A stretch of 63,737 nt of DNA, filler included, from Octopus bimaculoides (Eukaryota), in the NCBI RefSeq assembly GCF_001194135.2. It is 9 parts of 8 records of this genome, joined end to end, with 100 filler letters (N's around TTAATTAATTAA, not from the genome) between each part and the next. Parts side by side here need not be neighbours in the genome. Positions count along the whole stretch, not along the records: positions 11,364 to 25,976 come from NC_068987.1; positions 26,077 to 31,337 come from NW_026423915.1; 7 more parts are not named here. One strand, given 5' to 3'. The notes under the pieces are model-generated. The model did not search any database and was not told the origin of the DNA. It saw only the letters and a program-made list of their open reading frames with translations. This document shows positions 13,100 to 26,116 of this stretch, piece by piece (the stretch's first letter is position 1; each line of letters starts with the position of its first letter). The translations under genes were made by a program, and so were the position numbers.

Positions 13100-13230
13100 A
13101 ACGGGCTTTCACAGGTTTCTGTCTGCCAAACTTATTCACAATGCCTTGGTGGTCCCGGGGCTATAGCAGAAGACTGAACACGAATTCCTTGTATTTGCGA
13201 TGTGAGCTGGTTAACCACGCAGCCATGCCG
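13100..13230 (-). mobile_element. SINE family A, degraded 5' part
   Basis: acgggctttc...ggggctatagcagaagac...ttaaccacgcagccatgcc matches the reverse complement of the head. Confidence 0.6.
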
Positions 13231-13668
13231 TGGCTATGTTCACTAAGCTAAACAAACCACTACATAGCCGCTATATCTGCGAGAAATAGCCGGTGTATTC
13301 ACTTCAACTAAAACATCTCAATGTAACAAAATAAAAATAAAGCAATACATATCGTTGAAATTGGATACATTGTGAGATACAGCATGTCTGACCAAAAAGA
13401 CAGGACAGTTCATGCTGGAACGCGTTTGAACATACGTCTGCTCAAACAAAGCTGACCTACGGCAAAACAATATGAACGACACTTTAGAAGTGAATGAATA
13501 CGTACCAATCCAGAACTAAGGTCGATTAAATCGAATGCGTTGTACCGATTGGCTGCCAATATTTGTAGCTTTGAAAAACTATTATTTAGAGCCATTGGAA
13601 ATGGTTACTGTAAAATAACTTGAGACAAAAAGGAACTCACTATCCATCTAACCATCCATCTATTTACT

Positions 13669-13703
<35 letters not shown>

Positions 13704-13866
13704 CTCTCTCTCTCTATCTATCTATCTATCAATCTATATATATGTATGTATGTATATCTCTTTATATATAAATGCACGCACGAACCCCCCTCACACACAT
13801 GCAAGGAACTTTAAGTAGCCGTGACTTTGTGAAGAGAGCACTAAGCTTTTAGATTTGCTGGATATA

Positions 13867-13913
<47 letters not shown>

Positions 13914-15675
13914 NNNNNNNNNNNNNNNNNNNNNNNNNNNNNNNNNNNNNNNNNNNNNNNNNNNNNNNNNNNNNNNNNNNNNNNNNNNNNNNNNNNNNNN
14001 NNNNNNNNNNNNNNNNNNNNNNNNNNNNNNNNNNNNNNNNNNNNNNNNNNNNNNNNNNNNNNNNNNNNNNNNNNNNNNNNNNNNNNNNNNNNNNNNNNNN
14101 NNNNNNNNNNNNNNNNNNNNNNNNNNNNNNNNNNNNNNNNNNNNNNNNNNNNNNNNNNNNNNNNNNNNNNNNNNNNNNNNNNNNNNNNNNNNNNNNNNNN
14201 NNNNNNNNNNNNNNNNNNNNNNNNNNNNNNNNNNNNNNNNNNNNNNNNNNNNNNNNNNNNNNTACACATACACATCATACGTATATAGATACATATATGT
14301 ATACACACACATATCTGTGTGTGTGTCTATCAATATCTGAATGTGTGTACGTGTTTATGTGCGTGCAACTGAGTTTGTGTATGTGTGCATTAAATTCATG
14401 TGTGCATTAAAATCATGTGGCAACAATAAAGCTAGAAACGGTAAATTCATGTTGGCTAGTCGACGAGAAAAGAATATTAAGGAGAAAAATCCTGCAGCGT
14501 CAAAATTCGATGTTGCCAACACGAATAAAACGCGTAAAGTAAAACCACATCAGGAATCAACTGAACAGCGGATCAAAAGAACATGATATAATATTGAGGG
14601 CTAGCGGGGTTCTTGATCGCTGCGTTAGATCAAAGGAAGGCCCTACTGTCTGTTAAAAGTTTTAGAGTTATTTAATTCTTTATTTTGTTTCAGCTAAGAC
14701 CATGTTGCATCACAGACATATTTTGAAGTTGATATATAATATATAAAATATATAGGACTTCTACTCTAAACGCTTGTTCCTCTTTACACTCTGTTTTATT
14801 ATTTGGCTATGTTACGACAGTCGAATCACTCACAAATTATACTTCATGATATTACTAAATGCAGGAACGCATTAGATTATTGCTTTTCAATTTTTACGAT
14901 CAGGAGATCAAATAATATTTGCCGGCTCACTTCGCATTGATTTTTTTTTACTATTTTTTAATTACTGACATATTCTGCATGGAAAATTAAAAAGAAATAT
15001 TGGAAATTAAAACATTTAGAGATCAGAGAGAAAAAAATTACTTAGCTAGTTTTATTTATTATATCAGTTTATAAAATATTATAACACGAGTATGCGATTA
15101 AAAAAAGCTTTAGATTAAAATCGCCATCTGTGTTTGAAACTAAATGTATATACGCCATCACAAGGCATGAATCTGTGAAATTATGAGGTAGAAACTCTTC
15201 ATCAACTTGCATTAAAAGCACGATATATATATATATATATATATANNNNNNNNNNNNNNNNNNNNNNNNNNNNNNNNNNNNNNNNNNNNNNNNNNNNNNN
15301 NNNNNNNNNNNNNNNNNNNNNNNNNNNNNNNNNNNNNNNNNNNNNNNNNNNNNNNNNNNNNNNNNNNNNNNNNNNNNNNNNNNNNNNNNNNNNNNNNNNN
15401 NNNNNNNNNNNNNNNNNNNNNNNNNNNNNNNNNNNNNNNNNNNNNNNNNNNNNNNNNNNNNNNNNNNNNNNNNNNNNNNNNNNNNNNNNNNNNNNNNNNN
15501 NNNNNNNNNNNNNNNNNNNNNNNNNNNNNNNNNNNNNNNNNNNNNNNNNNNNNNNNNNNNNNNNNNNNNNNNNNNNNNNNNNNNNNNNNNNNNNNNNNNN
15601 NNNNNNNNNNNNNNNNNNNNNNNNNNNNNNNNNNNNNNNNNNNNNNNNNNNNNNNNNNNNNNNNNNNNNNNNNNN

Positions 15676-15719
<44 letters not shown>

Positions 15720-16529
15720 CAGAGAGAGAATACTTTTCTTACGACAAACAGATCGCATGTTTATATTTATGAGTGTGTGACGAACACCGTCACCGCATTA
15801 ACAAGAACGAGAGGCGTGTTTCACTTTTTCGAGGGTTATTAGTTCCATGCACTCGACTGTCTCCTATTTAAATTCGTGCTTCGATATATATGCATACATG
15901 CTTCTAATTTTTCTGATTTACTTTCATCTCTGCAGGTACGCGGATATTAATTTAGACTATGCACCCATCGTCATAGATATTTAGAAAACACAAAACGGAT
16001 TAAGAAACGAAATGAGAATAAGGCATTATTACGTCATTCGATTTAAGTGACAAAAGCTTGTAGAACACTTTTGTCATTCTCTCAAGTGCGATAGTAGGTT
16101 CCAGTGACACGCATTGCTAGATTAAACTGCAAGTTTTAAGTCAGGTTATCTTTCTCCGTGAAAAGCTACCTTCCGCATGGCTTTGCTAAACAGGAATATC
16201 CTCTGGCTTTGGGAAATCAAATCAACCAGTTCAGGGGAACATCCAAGGTCCCATCATTCCACTTCCGAAAGCGATGGTTCCAAGGTCCTGACGACTTCAG
16301 AGAACTCAACTAATGCAGTTGAACGTCTTTCTCATTCCATCACACCAACCTACGCACGCATATGCATGCAGACGCACATATACATACACATGTGTGTGTA
16401 TATACAAGTGTGTGTGTGTGCATGTGTGGGTACATGTATATATATACACACACACACACACACGCACATATATATATATATATACACACACACACAGACG
16501 CACACATACACAGACACACACACACACAG

Positions 16530-16563
<34 letters not shown>

Positions 16564-18040
16564 GCATATATATATACATATATATATAGAGAGAGAAAGA
16601 TAAGAGTAGATAGACAGACAGACAGATAGAAAGATAGATTGATGGAACAGTGACTAATTCAATAATGCAATAGTATTAATATATTATTCATTAATGTATT
16701 ATTAGTAGCATTAGTGTATTATCAGACGCTTGCCCGTTCTAGAACGAACGTGTTGAACGTGGTGTACGCAACAGAAGCAGAATTGAATTAAATTCGCAAA
16801 TACCGCAGTGACTGCGTTGTTTCAGTCGCGTGAAGAGTCAGGAAAGTTCCTGCAAAATCAGTGAACAAGTCCAACAAGTGATTTTATCTTAAACAATTAC
16901 ACAGCTTCATGCCACTTAATGGTGTATATACCTTTAGTATGATACACAGACGGCGATTGTAGAGATTGTTTTGCCTTAAATTACACTTACACCATTTTAT
17001 ATCTCATTTCGCTATATGCTGCAAGTAATAAACATTAATAGCTAGATATGAGCAGGTATGATGTTAGACCATGACTGGTTTGGTATAATGCACACACAAA
17101 AACAACAGCAAAATGCGGCAACACAAATATCAATGCTGGTATTGTACTTTCATCTAAAAGAAAAGCAAATGTGTAGACTTGTGGTTATGTTTTTAGAAAT
17201 AAGAAATAAATGATTATATAAATGTTTGGGACAGACATCTATAATTGCGTGTTTACTACTACTTATTATTATTAAATTTATTCTATTTTGCGGTTTGAGT
17301 TAATGTAACACACAGTTTAATAACTATTCTGCAATCGCTTTTTTTCCCGATTTTTTGCGGTGCATACATGTATTTTAGACAGAGTTTGCTGAAGTTTTTT
17401 TTTTCTTCCAGGCATTACCAAGATGGTGTCCCGGATAAGAATCAATTACGGCTATATCAACAGTCTGCCAGAATGTGAAAACAATGATCACCACAATATT
17501 TCCTGATTTATTTGTATTCTTTCACCGATGGCAATAAGTTTGCCCATGAACTAGCTGTTTTGGTTACAGCTGTTAAAAACCTTTTTAAAACAAACGGAAC
17601 GAAATAGCAGAAGTCGATAAAAATATTGTACGCTTGTGGTTGTCACTCACTGACAGAATAAAAGAAGGCAAACTACACTTAGATCATTAGTTTTATATGA
17701 TTTAAGACCTATAGTGTATACAGAGTGATAAACAATTCAATCACCACAAATGATTGTAGAATGTCTTACGTAATAAACAATTTGTTGAAATAATCCGACA
17801 AGAAAAGTCTGCTAATTAAAATATACAATGTGAAGATTAAATATGAAACGATAGTCGAAATTATATTTACGCTGGTAATGATAAAATATGGCACAACACA
17901 AATATACGAGCAGTAATTTAGGAATTACTGTATCATATACACATATGTGGTTATATGTGTCTAAGTGTGTATTCATTGACGCGTGTATTCGTGTGGATAT
18001 GTACGTGTACTTGTGTGCATATAATTATGTTCATTCAGGC

Positions 18041-18086
<46 letters not shown>

Positions 18087-18124
18087 CTGTATGAAGAAAA
18101 GAATATATATATGTATTCTTTTAT

Positions 18125-18510
18125 TCGTTTGAGTCATTTGACTGCAGCCATGCTGCATGCTGGAGCACTTCTCTTAGTCGAACACATCGACCCCAGGACT
18201 TATTCTTTGTAAGCCTAGTACTTATTCTATCGGTCTCTTTTACCGAACCGCGATGTTACAGCGACGTAAATACACCAACATCAGTTGCCAAGTGATGATG
18301 GGGTACAAACACAGACAAACAACATCCCCATATNNNNNNNNNNTATATATATATATATATATATGACGGGCTTTTAGTTTCCGTCTACCAAATCCACTCA
18401 CAAAGTTTCGGTCGGCCCAAGGCTATAGTAGGAGACACATCTCCAAGGTGCCACACAGTAGGGACTGAATCTGGAAACATGTGGTTGGTAAGCAAGTTAC
18501 TTGCCACTAT
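18125..18510 (-). mobile_element. SINE family A
   Basis: Near-full reverse-complement copy with the internal microsatellite partly in an N gap. Confidence 0.88.
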
Positions 18511-18585
18511 GTGTGTGTGTGCGTGCGCGCGCGAATATATGTATACAAATAAATACATGCATATATACATACACACACACGCACA

Positions 18586-18627
<42 letters not shown>

Positions 18628-18877
18628 GCACCAACTAGATCGGTGCAATATCGAGGGTAACCGGCTGAAACTGCAAAGATGATCTGGAATTCGACTGAGA
18701 ATAGTAAGCTCAGAATGACCAGTCCTTGTTTTCCCCTGTCCTTTATTATACCGTCTAACTGTCTGAATCTTTTGTTGTCGCCTGTTACATTCTTGTTCCA
18801 TTTTTTATTCTCTTTTTTATATACACATATAGCGGCGTACGTACACTCCTGCATGTAAGTACACACACACACACACA

Positions 18878-18951
<74 letters not shown>

Positions 18952-19663
18952 AATTATGTACGGCACTTTTACTCTTTCTTTTAACCACCCCTTCACACTT
19001 CCTTCGTGCTTTCCACTTTTCTTTTTCTCGCTCCCCCTCTCACACATTTCTTGTCCTTCCCTTCATTTTCATTTTTTCTCTACTTTTACTTCCCTCTGTC
19101 CCTTTCTTTTCTTTTCTTCTCTCTTTCTCGTCCCTCCCTACTTCTTCAATCCCTACCTCTCTCTTCTCCTTCCATGTAACCTGTGTTCCGCCAAGCCTGA
19201 CTTTCTTTCATAGTTCGACTATCATCCGCGTAGCATTTCTTATATTTCTTTCCATTACCATCACGTCTTATGTTCTTGCCGTAAGACCTCGCTTCCACAC
19301 ACACCAACATAATTTATTTCGCCCTTAGTCTAAAAATACCTGTTGTTAATGTCCTGTTTGTATTTGTAATTGTGCACCTTTTCTCCGTTTTTTTTTTCTT
19401 TTGGTCCTTGATTTCCTATACATTCGCTTGCTTTCTTCCATAGAATCTAGTGCTCTTAGCTTATATTTTCTTAGGGCCGGTCAAATTGGAGCAGTCTCGA
19501 TTGCAATCGACCAAAACTGCAAAGACGATCTGGTACTCAACTGAGAATAGGAAGCTCTGAACGACTAGTCCTTGTATTTTCCTGTCCATTTTTGTATCGT
19601 CTAAATGCTCGGATATTTTGTTGTCACCTGTTACGTTCTTGTTCCATTTTTGTTTCCTTTATA

Positions 19664-19983
19664 GGCGCAAGAGTGGCTGTGTGGTAAGTAGCTTGCTTAC
19701 CAACCACATGGTTCTAGGTTCAGTTCCAGTGCATGGCACCTTGGGCATGTGTCTTCTACTAGAGCCTCGAGCCAACCAAAGTCTTGTGAGTGGATCTGGT
19801 AAACGGAAACGGAAACGGAAAGAAGCCTGTGGTATATATGTGTACATATATATATATATGTGTGTGTGTGAGTGTGTGTGTGGGTGTGTGTGTGTGTGTA
19901 TGTTTATGTGTCTGTGTTTGTCCCTCCGACGTCGGTTGGCAACCAATTCTGGTGTGTTTACGTCTCTGTAACTTAGCGGTTCG
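19664..19983 (+). mobile_element. SINE family A, truncated by a gap
   Basis: ggcgcaagagtggctgtgtggtaagtagc head through aacttagcggttcg. Confidence 0.88.
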
Positions 19984-20899
19984 NNNNNNNNNNNNNNNNN
20001 NNNNNNNNNNNNNNNNNNNNNNNNNNNNNNNNNNNNNNNNNNNNNNNNNNNNNNNNNNNNNNNNNNNNNNNNNNNNNNNNNNNNNNNNNNNNNNNNNNNN
20101 NNNNNNNNNNNNNNNNNNNNNNNNNNNNNNNNNNNNNNNNNNNNNNNNNNNNNNNNNNNNNNNNNNNNNNNNNNNNNNNNNNNNNNNNNNNNNNNNNNNN
20201 NNNNNNNNNNNNNNNNNNNNNNNNNNNNNNNNNNNNNNNNNNNNNNNNNNNNNNNNNNNNNNNNNNNNNNNNNTATATATATATGGAGAGAGAGAGAGAG
20301 AGAGAGTGAGAGAGAGAGATTTATATATATATATATGTGCGTGTGTGTGTGTGTGTGTGTGTTTGTGTGTGTGTGTCTGTTTGTGTGCATGTGTACATGT
20401 AAATATATATCGACGTTTTTAAACATATATATAGAAAGAGAGATAAAATAGATAGATAAATCGTCTAGCAATTTTCATATAATTCATTGAAGATCACATA
20501 TGTTATGAAAGTAAACTTAATTTATGTAAATTCACAAGTATGACGCATTGTCAATTGTTATTACTAAGTGTTTCAAAATCATTCAAAATCATACAAAGCT
20601 GCTGAATTGATTTCCATCAGACTTTGCCGAGTTCAGAATCTGCCTGACTTAATTTATGCTGAACTTGTCGTGCATTTGCGCGCCTATGTTTCTATTATTT
20701 CATTTATTGTTTTTATCATCCTAGTAGTGTCGGTCTCTGGAGTGCGGCCTGACGGGGGACCGACTTGAAGCTTTTAGTCGATGATTTTGATTTATTCCGA
20801 CTGACCCTTGTTCCTTTTGTAATCATTGCACTGAAACATACATTTATTTCATGTATTGTTAATTAAGTTCTCAAATTTAGTTGCATCATGCTTGTTTTA

Positions 20900-21730
20900 A
20901 AAGCAAGTTTACAGAAGTCAATATTCTTCGGGAAAATCAGGAATTATATCTGTGGGTTTTGTGAAAGTCTTTGATAGTATGAACACAAATGCGATGTTAT
21001 ATGCTCTATTGAATAACGGTAGCCCAGAAGAGATTGAAAATGATTTTACGGCTGCGTTTTAAAACCATCAAGCATTAGGCGGTAAATTAAATTTCCATGA
21101 ATTCAAGTTACCATTACAAGGAACACCCTAACACTTTTATCTTTGGGATTACATAAAAAACATACAGAAATACTTTCCCGAACGATGTCTTAACATCAAA
21201 CTTAGAGGGACCAATAAGTCAACAGAATCGGTATCTTTCTGGTTTTGACTATGTCGATCGACTTTCTTCCACAGCTCTTGAACTGCATGATTGCAAAATT
21301 GCCTATCATTGCTAGTCAATGTTGCTGTAGAGATCCAGTCATTTCTCAATGCAAGAACTACTAAGTGTATTGCCATTTATTAGGAATAAATTCTCTTGGT
21401 GAAATGTTCAAGGTTGGCTCAGAATTTAATGAGATAGTAATCAGATGCTGTATGCTGTTGACAATAAGAAAGACATGTTTAGCCGTAGGTTATACGTAAC
21501 ACTGTGAAAAGTTCCGGATAAATTTATTAATGAACATTCCTTTGTCTTGTCTTGTCTGTACTATTCTCCTTTCTGCTGAGCGATAAATGATACAAATCCA
21601 ATGTCTTTCTGCAATTCATTTAGATGGTTCATCAGCTAAACAATGTTTGAAAAGCGACAAGAAGTCTTTCTCATTAAACTACTGGCTTATTAAATTATTA
21701 AATTTTCGAGTACCTCTAATATTAATGTAA
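20900..21730 (+). mobile_element. Heavily decayed RTE-type LINE reverse transcriptase remnant
   Basis: Motif remnants in the correct order across frameshifts: VGFVKVFDSMNTNAMLYALLNNG (DFxKAFDS), RYLSGFDYVD (LDYADD), FLNARTTKCI (LNxxKTK), TILLSAE and HLDGS (LLYGSExW...LDG). Confidence 0.55.
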
Positions 21731-22352
21731 TGATCATGCTGAAGGTGCGTGACACAAAGTGAATGATACAATTCACCCGTAGCTGTACCGTAGATTTTCC
21801 TCACTTTTCCCTATATGAACAAGTGTAAGTCAACTCGAAGTTTTTAAAATACTCTACCTGCTATGCTTTGCGGTGAGACATAGCTTCGAACTTGAGAATT
21901 ATGAATCATACTTCTGAACTAGCCGGCAATGCTGCCTTCACAAATGATCAGATAAACACATGAACATTTGTAATTTCTTTTTAGGCTCTAAAATTTGTTT
22001 GTGCAGATATGCACAGCATTTTTATTCTAATGTATATAAGGTATATGATTTTGAGGTTCACAGATTTATTTGTAATATTGTGCACCCTATATTTAGGATC
22101 AAAATTCTGCTCATGTGAAGTTCACAATTATAATTCTTATGCAGAGACACCCCCAAATTCGTAGGTTTATATTATAGTAGATAATAGCATCAAAATTAAT
22201 AATTGTTTAAGCGTTACTAATTAATTAATCTTACAGCCAAAACTACCGCATTCATGGAAGCCAGTGTGCATGATTTACTAAAACCGCTCATATACTGGAC
22301 ATAAATACAAAGTTACCATCACCAGTAATATGATGTTAATCTATTGCTTCAG

Positions 22353-22457
22353 AGATCATAGAGACGACGGAACCTATTCCAGTTGATTACTATTTTCCCA
22401 TGAGGAGGAAAGTGCATACAAAACTGAGAAAGGCAGCTATCTACGACAACAGTGTTC
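22353..22457 (+). CDS. Candidate unassigned coding exon (phase 1-1, 105 nt)
   Basis: Acceptor ctattgcttcag and donor C|gtaagg; open frame IIETTEPIPVDYYFPMRRKVHTKLRKAAIYDNSV. No family recognised. Confidence 0.3.
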
Positions 22458-22895
22458 GTAAGGATTTTTTATTTGATTTACATCCACGTTGCCAGTTGAA
22501 AAAGTTATATTTTCCTGCTATATATACACACTTAACTCACAGACATACGCACACGTTTACGGGTGCAATTATATTCCAAAGAGTCAGATTAATACAAACA
22601 GGCAGGAGAAGTACATGTAACGCGTTTTAATATAAAATGCATCGTTTTGTTTTCTCTGATGTAATATCAGTCACGGGCTTTTTGTAGATTTCCTATGGCT
22701 TTCATTGACTGTCAACATGATGCAATGATATACTTTTGTATATTTACCATTTCCGTTTGTCAATCTATGAACACACACAGATATACATACATACATGCAT
22801 ACATACGTATATACATATATGTGTGAGCGAGTGTTTGTGTGTGTGGGTGTGTGTATGGTATCTATGTCAGTGCACGTATATACATGTACGTATGA

Positions 22896-22938
<43 letters not shown>

Positions 22939-23604
22939 ACTTATATGAACAGACACACATACATACACACATACGCACACACACATAGTCATATAAACAT
23001 TATATATANNNNNNNNNNNNNNNNNNNNNNNNNNNNNNNNNNNNNNNNNNNNNNNNNNNNNNNNNNNNNNNNNNNNNNNNNNNNNNNNNNNNNNNNNNNN
23101 NNNNNNNNNNNNNNNNNNNNNNNNNNNNNNNNNNNNNNNNNNNNNNNNNNNNNNNNNNNNNNNNNNNNNNNNNNNNNNNNNNNNNNNNNNNNNNNNNNNN
23201 NNNNNNNNNNNNNNNNNNNNNNNNNNNNNNNNNNNNNNNNNNNNNNNNNNNNNNNNNNNNNNNNNNNNNNNNNNNNNNNNNNNNNNNNNNNNNNNNNNNN
23301 NNNNNNNNNNNNNNNNNNNNNNNNNNNNNNNNNNNNNNNNNNNNNNNNNNNNNNNNNNNNNNNNNNNNNNNNNNNNNNNNNNNNNNNNNNNNNNNNNNNN
23401 NNNNNNNNNNNNNNNNNNNNNNNNNNNNNNNNNNNNNNNNNNNNNNNNNNNNNNNNNNNNNNNNNNNNNNNNNNNNNNNNNNNNNNNNNNNNNNNNNNNN
23501 NNNNNNNNNNNNNNNNNNNNNNNNNNNNNNNNNNNNNNNNNNNNNNNNNNNNNNNNNNNNNNNNNNNNNNNNNNNNNNNNNNNNNNNNNNNNNNNNNNNN
23601 NNNN

Positions 23605-23653
<49 letters not shown>

Positions 23654-24256
23654 GTATGTATGTATGTATGTATGTATTGATATATATACGAGGATGAATG
23701 TTTAACGGACACTGTTGTGTAAACGAAAAGGGATGAAGAGAAGGGAGACAACACAGGGGAAGCGGCAGTGTGCACAATAAACAATCCCATCCTTTACATG
23801 AATAAACGAACGCTCGCTCAGATGTACGTTTGTGAATAATATTTCATGCGAATTCTTAATAACCTTACATTTAATCTTGCTATGCAAATATTCTGCGTAG
23901 TTAAGCCACTGAATTCTCTCCAGAGATCTGAACATCGAACAATCTCGACGATTTTAGTCGATCTTTATCAGAATTTGAAGCATGTTTTATTCATCAGCTC
24001 TAGAGAGTGCGACAGTGGTTTACATTTGCTTATAAAATGCTCTGAGCAACTGGTGCTGCTTTTCCTAGTGAGCATATCATTACATCCGTGGTTGTTGCAG
24101 ATTAATTAAGGAAGCTGCTGACAAATTACTACTGTGAATGAATTTATAATTAAATTTACATGCGTAAAAAAATACTTGGTCTTCCTATGAAAATTTGTCC
24201 TGTGGTTAAACGATATTTTGATATACAAACGCGTAAAATAATGAGTGTGTTATGTA

Positions 24257-24385
24257 AGGCAGCGACCTGGCAGAAACATTAGAACGCCGGGTGAAATGCA
24301 TAGCTGTATTTCGTCTGCCGTTACATTCCGCCAAGGTCGACTTTTCCGTTTGGGATCGATAACTTAAGTACCAGTTTCGGATGTG
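24257..24385 (+). mobile_element. SINE family B, partial
   Basis: ggcagcgacctggcagaaacattagaacgccgggtgaaatgc...ggtcgac...gataacttaagtaccag. Confidence 0.8.
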
Positions 24386-25197
24386 ATCGCGACAAATTCT
24401 TATTTTATTTGTAGACTCACATCAGCACGTGAACTCTGTTCCTCATCTAACTCAATCTAAAAGCAGATCCCTTCACATGTGCATATTCAACGAACTATTG
24501 ACTTGCATTACCCATACATTACAACTTACAACTTGGTGATTCAGTACACGGTCATCCTCAGTCACTAAGTCACCATTCTTGTCTTCCCGTATCTCAACTG
24601 ATCTCGTTGAAAATAGTAAAGACATGTAGAAGCATCTTCAACACATAACAAGCGATAACTTTGATGTCTGTGGTAATGTAATTACAATAAATATCTAATT
24701 TCTGTATCAATGTTAAAAGTGTAACTATATAATACTGAACCATTCATTACGATTTGTAATACGTCAAATTTTGAAGAAGCAGGCGATCGCTAGTTTCATT
24801 GGCTACTATACGTTAAGATTTGTATAGGTAGTAAATGTAATACTCTTACCAATTCTCAGTATATGACACTTACCACCATCACTGCTTGACATAATCATTC
24901 CTATATATGTATAGAGGGTGTACGTTATCTCTTTAGCAATATACATCTAAGCGGAGCGCAAACATCACTCTCTCCTCTTACTCTTTTACTCCCTCTCTTT
25001 CTCTATTTCTGTATACATATATATGTATATATATAATTATATATATNNNNNNNNNNNNNNNNNNNNNNNNNNNNNNNNNNNNNNNNNNNNNNNNNNNNNN
25101 NNNNNNNNNNNNNNNNNNNNNNNNNNNNNNNNNNNNNNNNNNNNNNNNNNNNNNNNNNNNNNNNNNNNNNNNNNNNNNNNNNNNNNNNNNNNNNNNN

Positions 25198-25242
<45 letters not shown>

Positions 25243-25940
25243 GATATGAGGGGATATGAGGAGTCTTCGCCAGAATGACACAAACTAATGGGTGTGCGTT
25301 CTGAATTATGAAGTAGGTGTGCCACCAAAATTCCGGTTTGAGTAGCAGTTGAATATGTGGTTATGTGATTGTCTTGTTCACAGCGGCTAAAGGTGGCTTC
25401 CCTTTGAGTCAATAAGTATAGGTTAGAGTAGTGAAAGGCAAAAAATTAGGACAAGGATATTTAATTTATGTCAGTTCAATGTAAATTTAGCTACATAACG
25501 AAAGGTAAAAATAGTCTCAGACAATTGTTTCTGGGATATGCCAGTTGCTGTAGCATCGAATCGAGTGAAGACTCCGTCAACATCTGTACTTCATCATCAG
25601 AGAGATTTAGGGTAGAAAGTGGAAGAACTTTCCTTATCAATAGTATTTGTTGTGATTCATTATATCCAGGAGGGTGGGAGGGTGCAATTAACTTTTGGTA
25701 AATCTATGATCCGAAAGGATGATAAGGTATCGCAGCAAGATGAGTAAAACGACAGAATTGTTATGTAGTATTCCGTAACGAGGGAGAATGAATGCTACTA
25801 GATCCAACTTGTGAAAATGTTGACAAGAGGAAAAAAAATACGTTCTGGTGAGAGGAAAGTCAGATTGTCCTTGACCTGTCTTGCCTGTTTACCTTCATCA
25901 CTATTGTAACCTGTATACATGTGTGTGTGTGTGTGTGTGA

Positions 25941-25976
<36 letters not shown>

Positions 25977-26076
25977 NNNNNNNNNNNNNNNNNNNNNNNN
26001 NNNNNNNNNNNNNNNNNNNNTTAATTAATTAANNNNNNNNNNNNNNNNNNNNNNNNNNNNNNNNNNNNNNNNNNNN

Positions 26077-26116
<40 letters not shown>

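Noticed and set aside
24520-24610. Minus-strand segment SVEIREDKNGDLVTEDDRVLNHQV with a GTAAGT donor
   Set aside because: It resembles the RTE LINE linker motif (IxDKNGxxLT), so a retroelement remnant is more likely than a host exon; too short to annotate.
25468-25712. Open frames on both strands (MSVQCKF... and IYQKLIAPSHPP...)
   Set aside because: No recognisable family, and the putative minus-strand acceptor lies inside a decayed SINE B segment.
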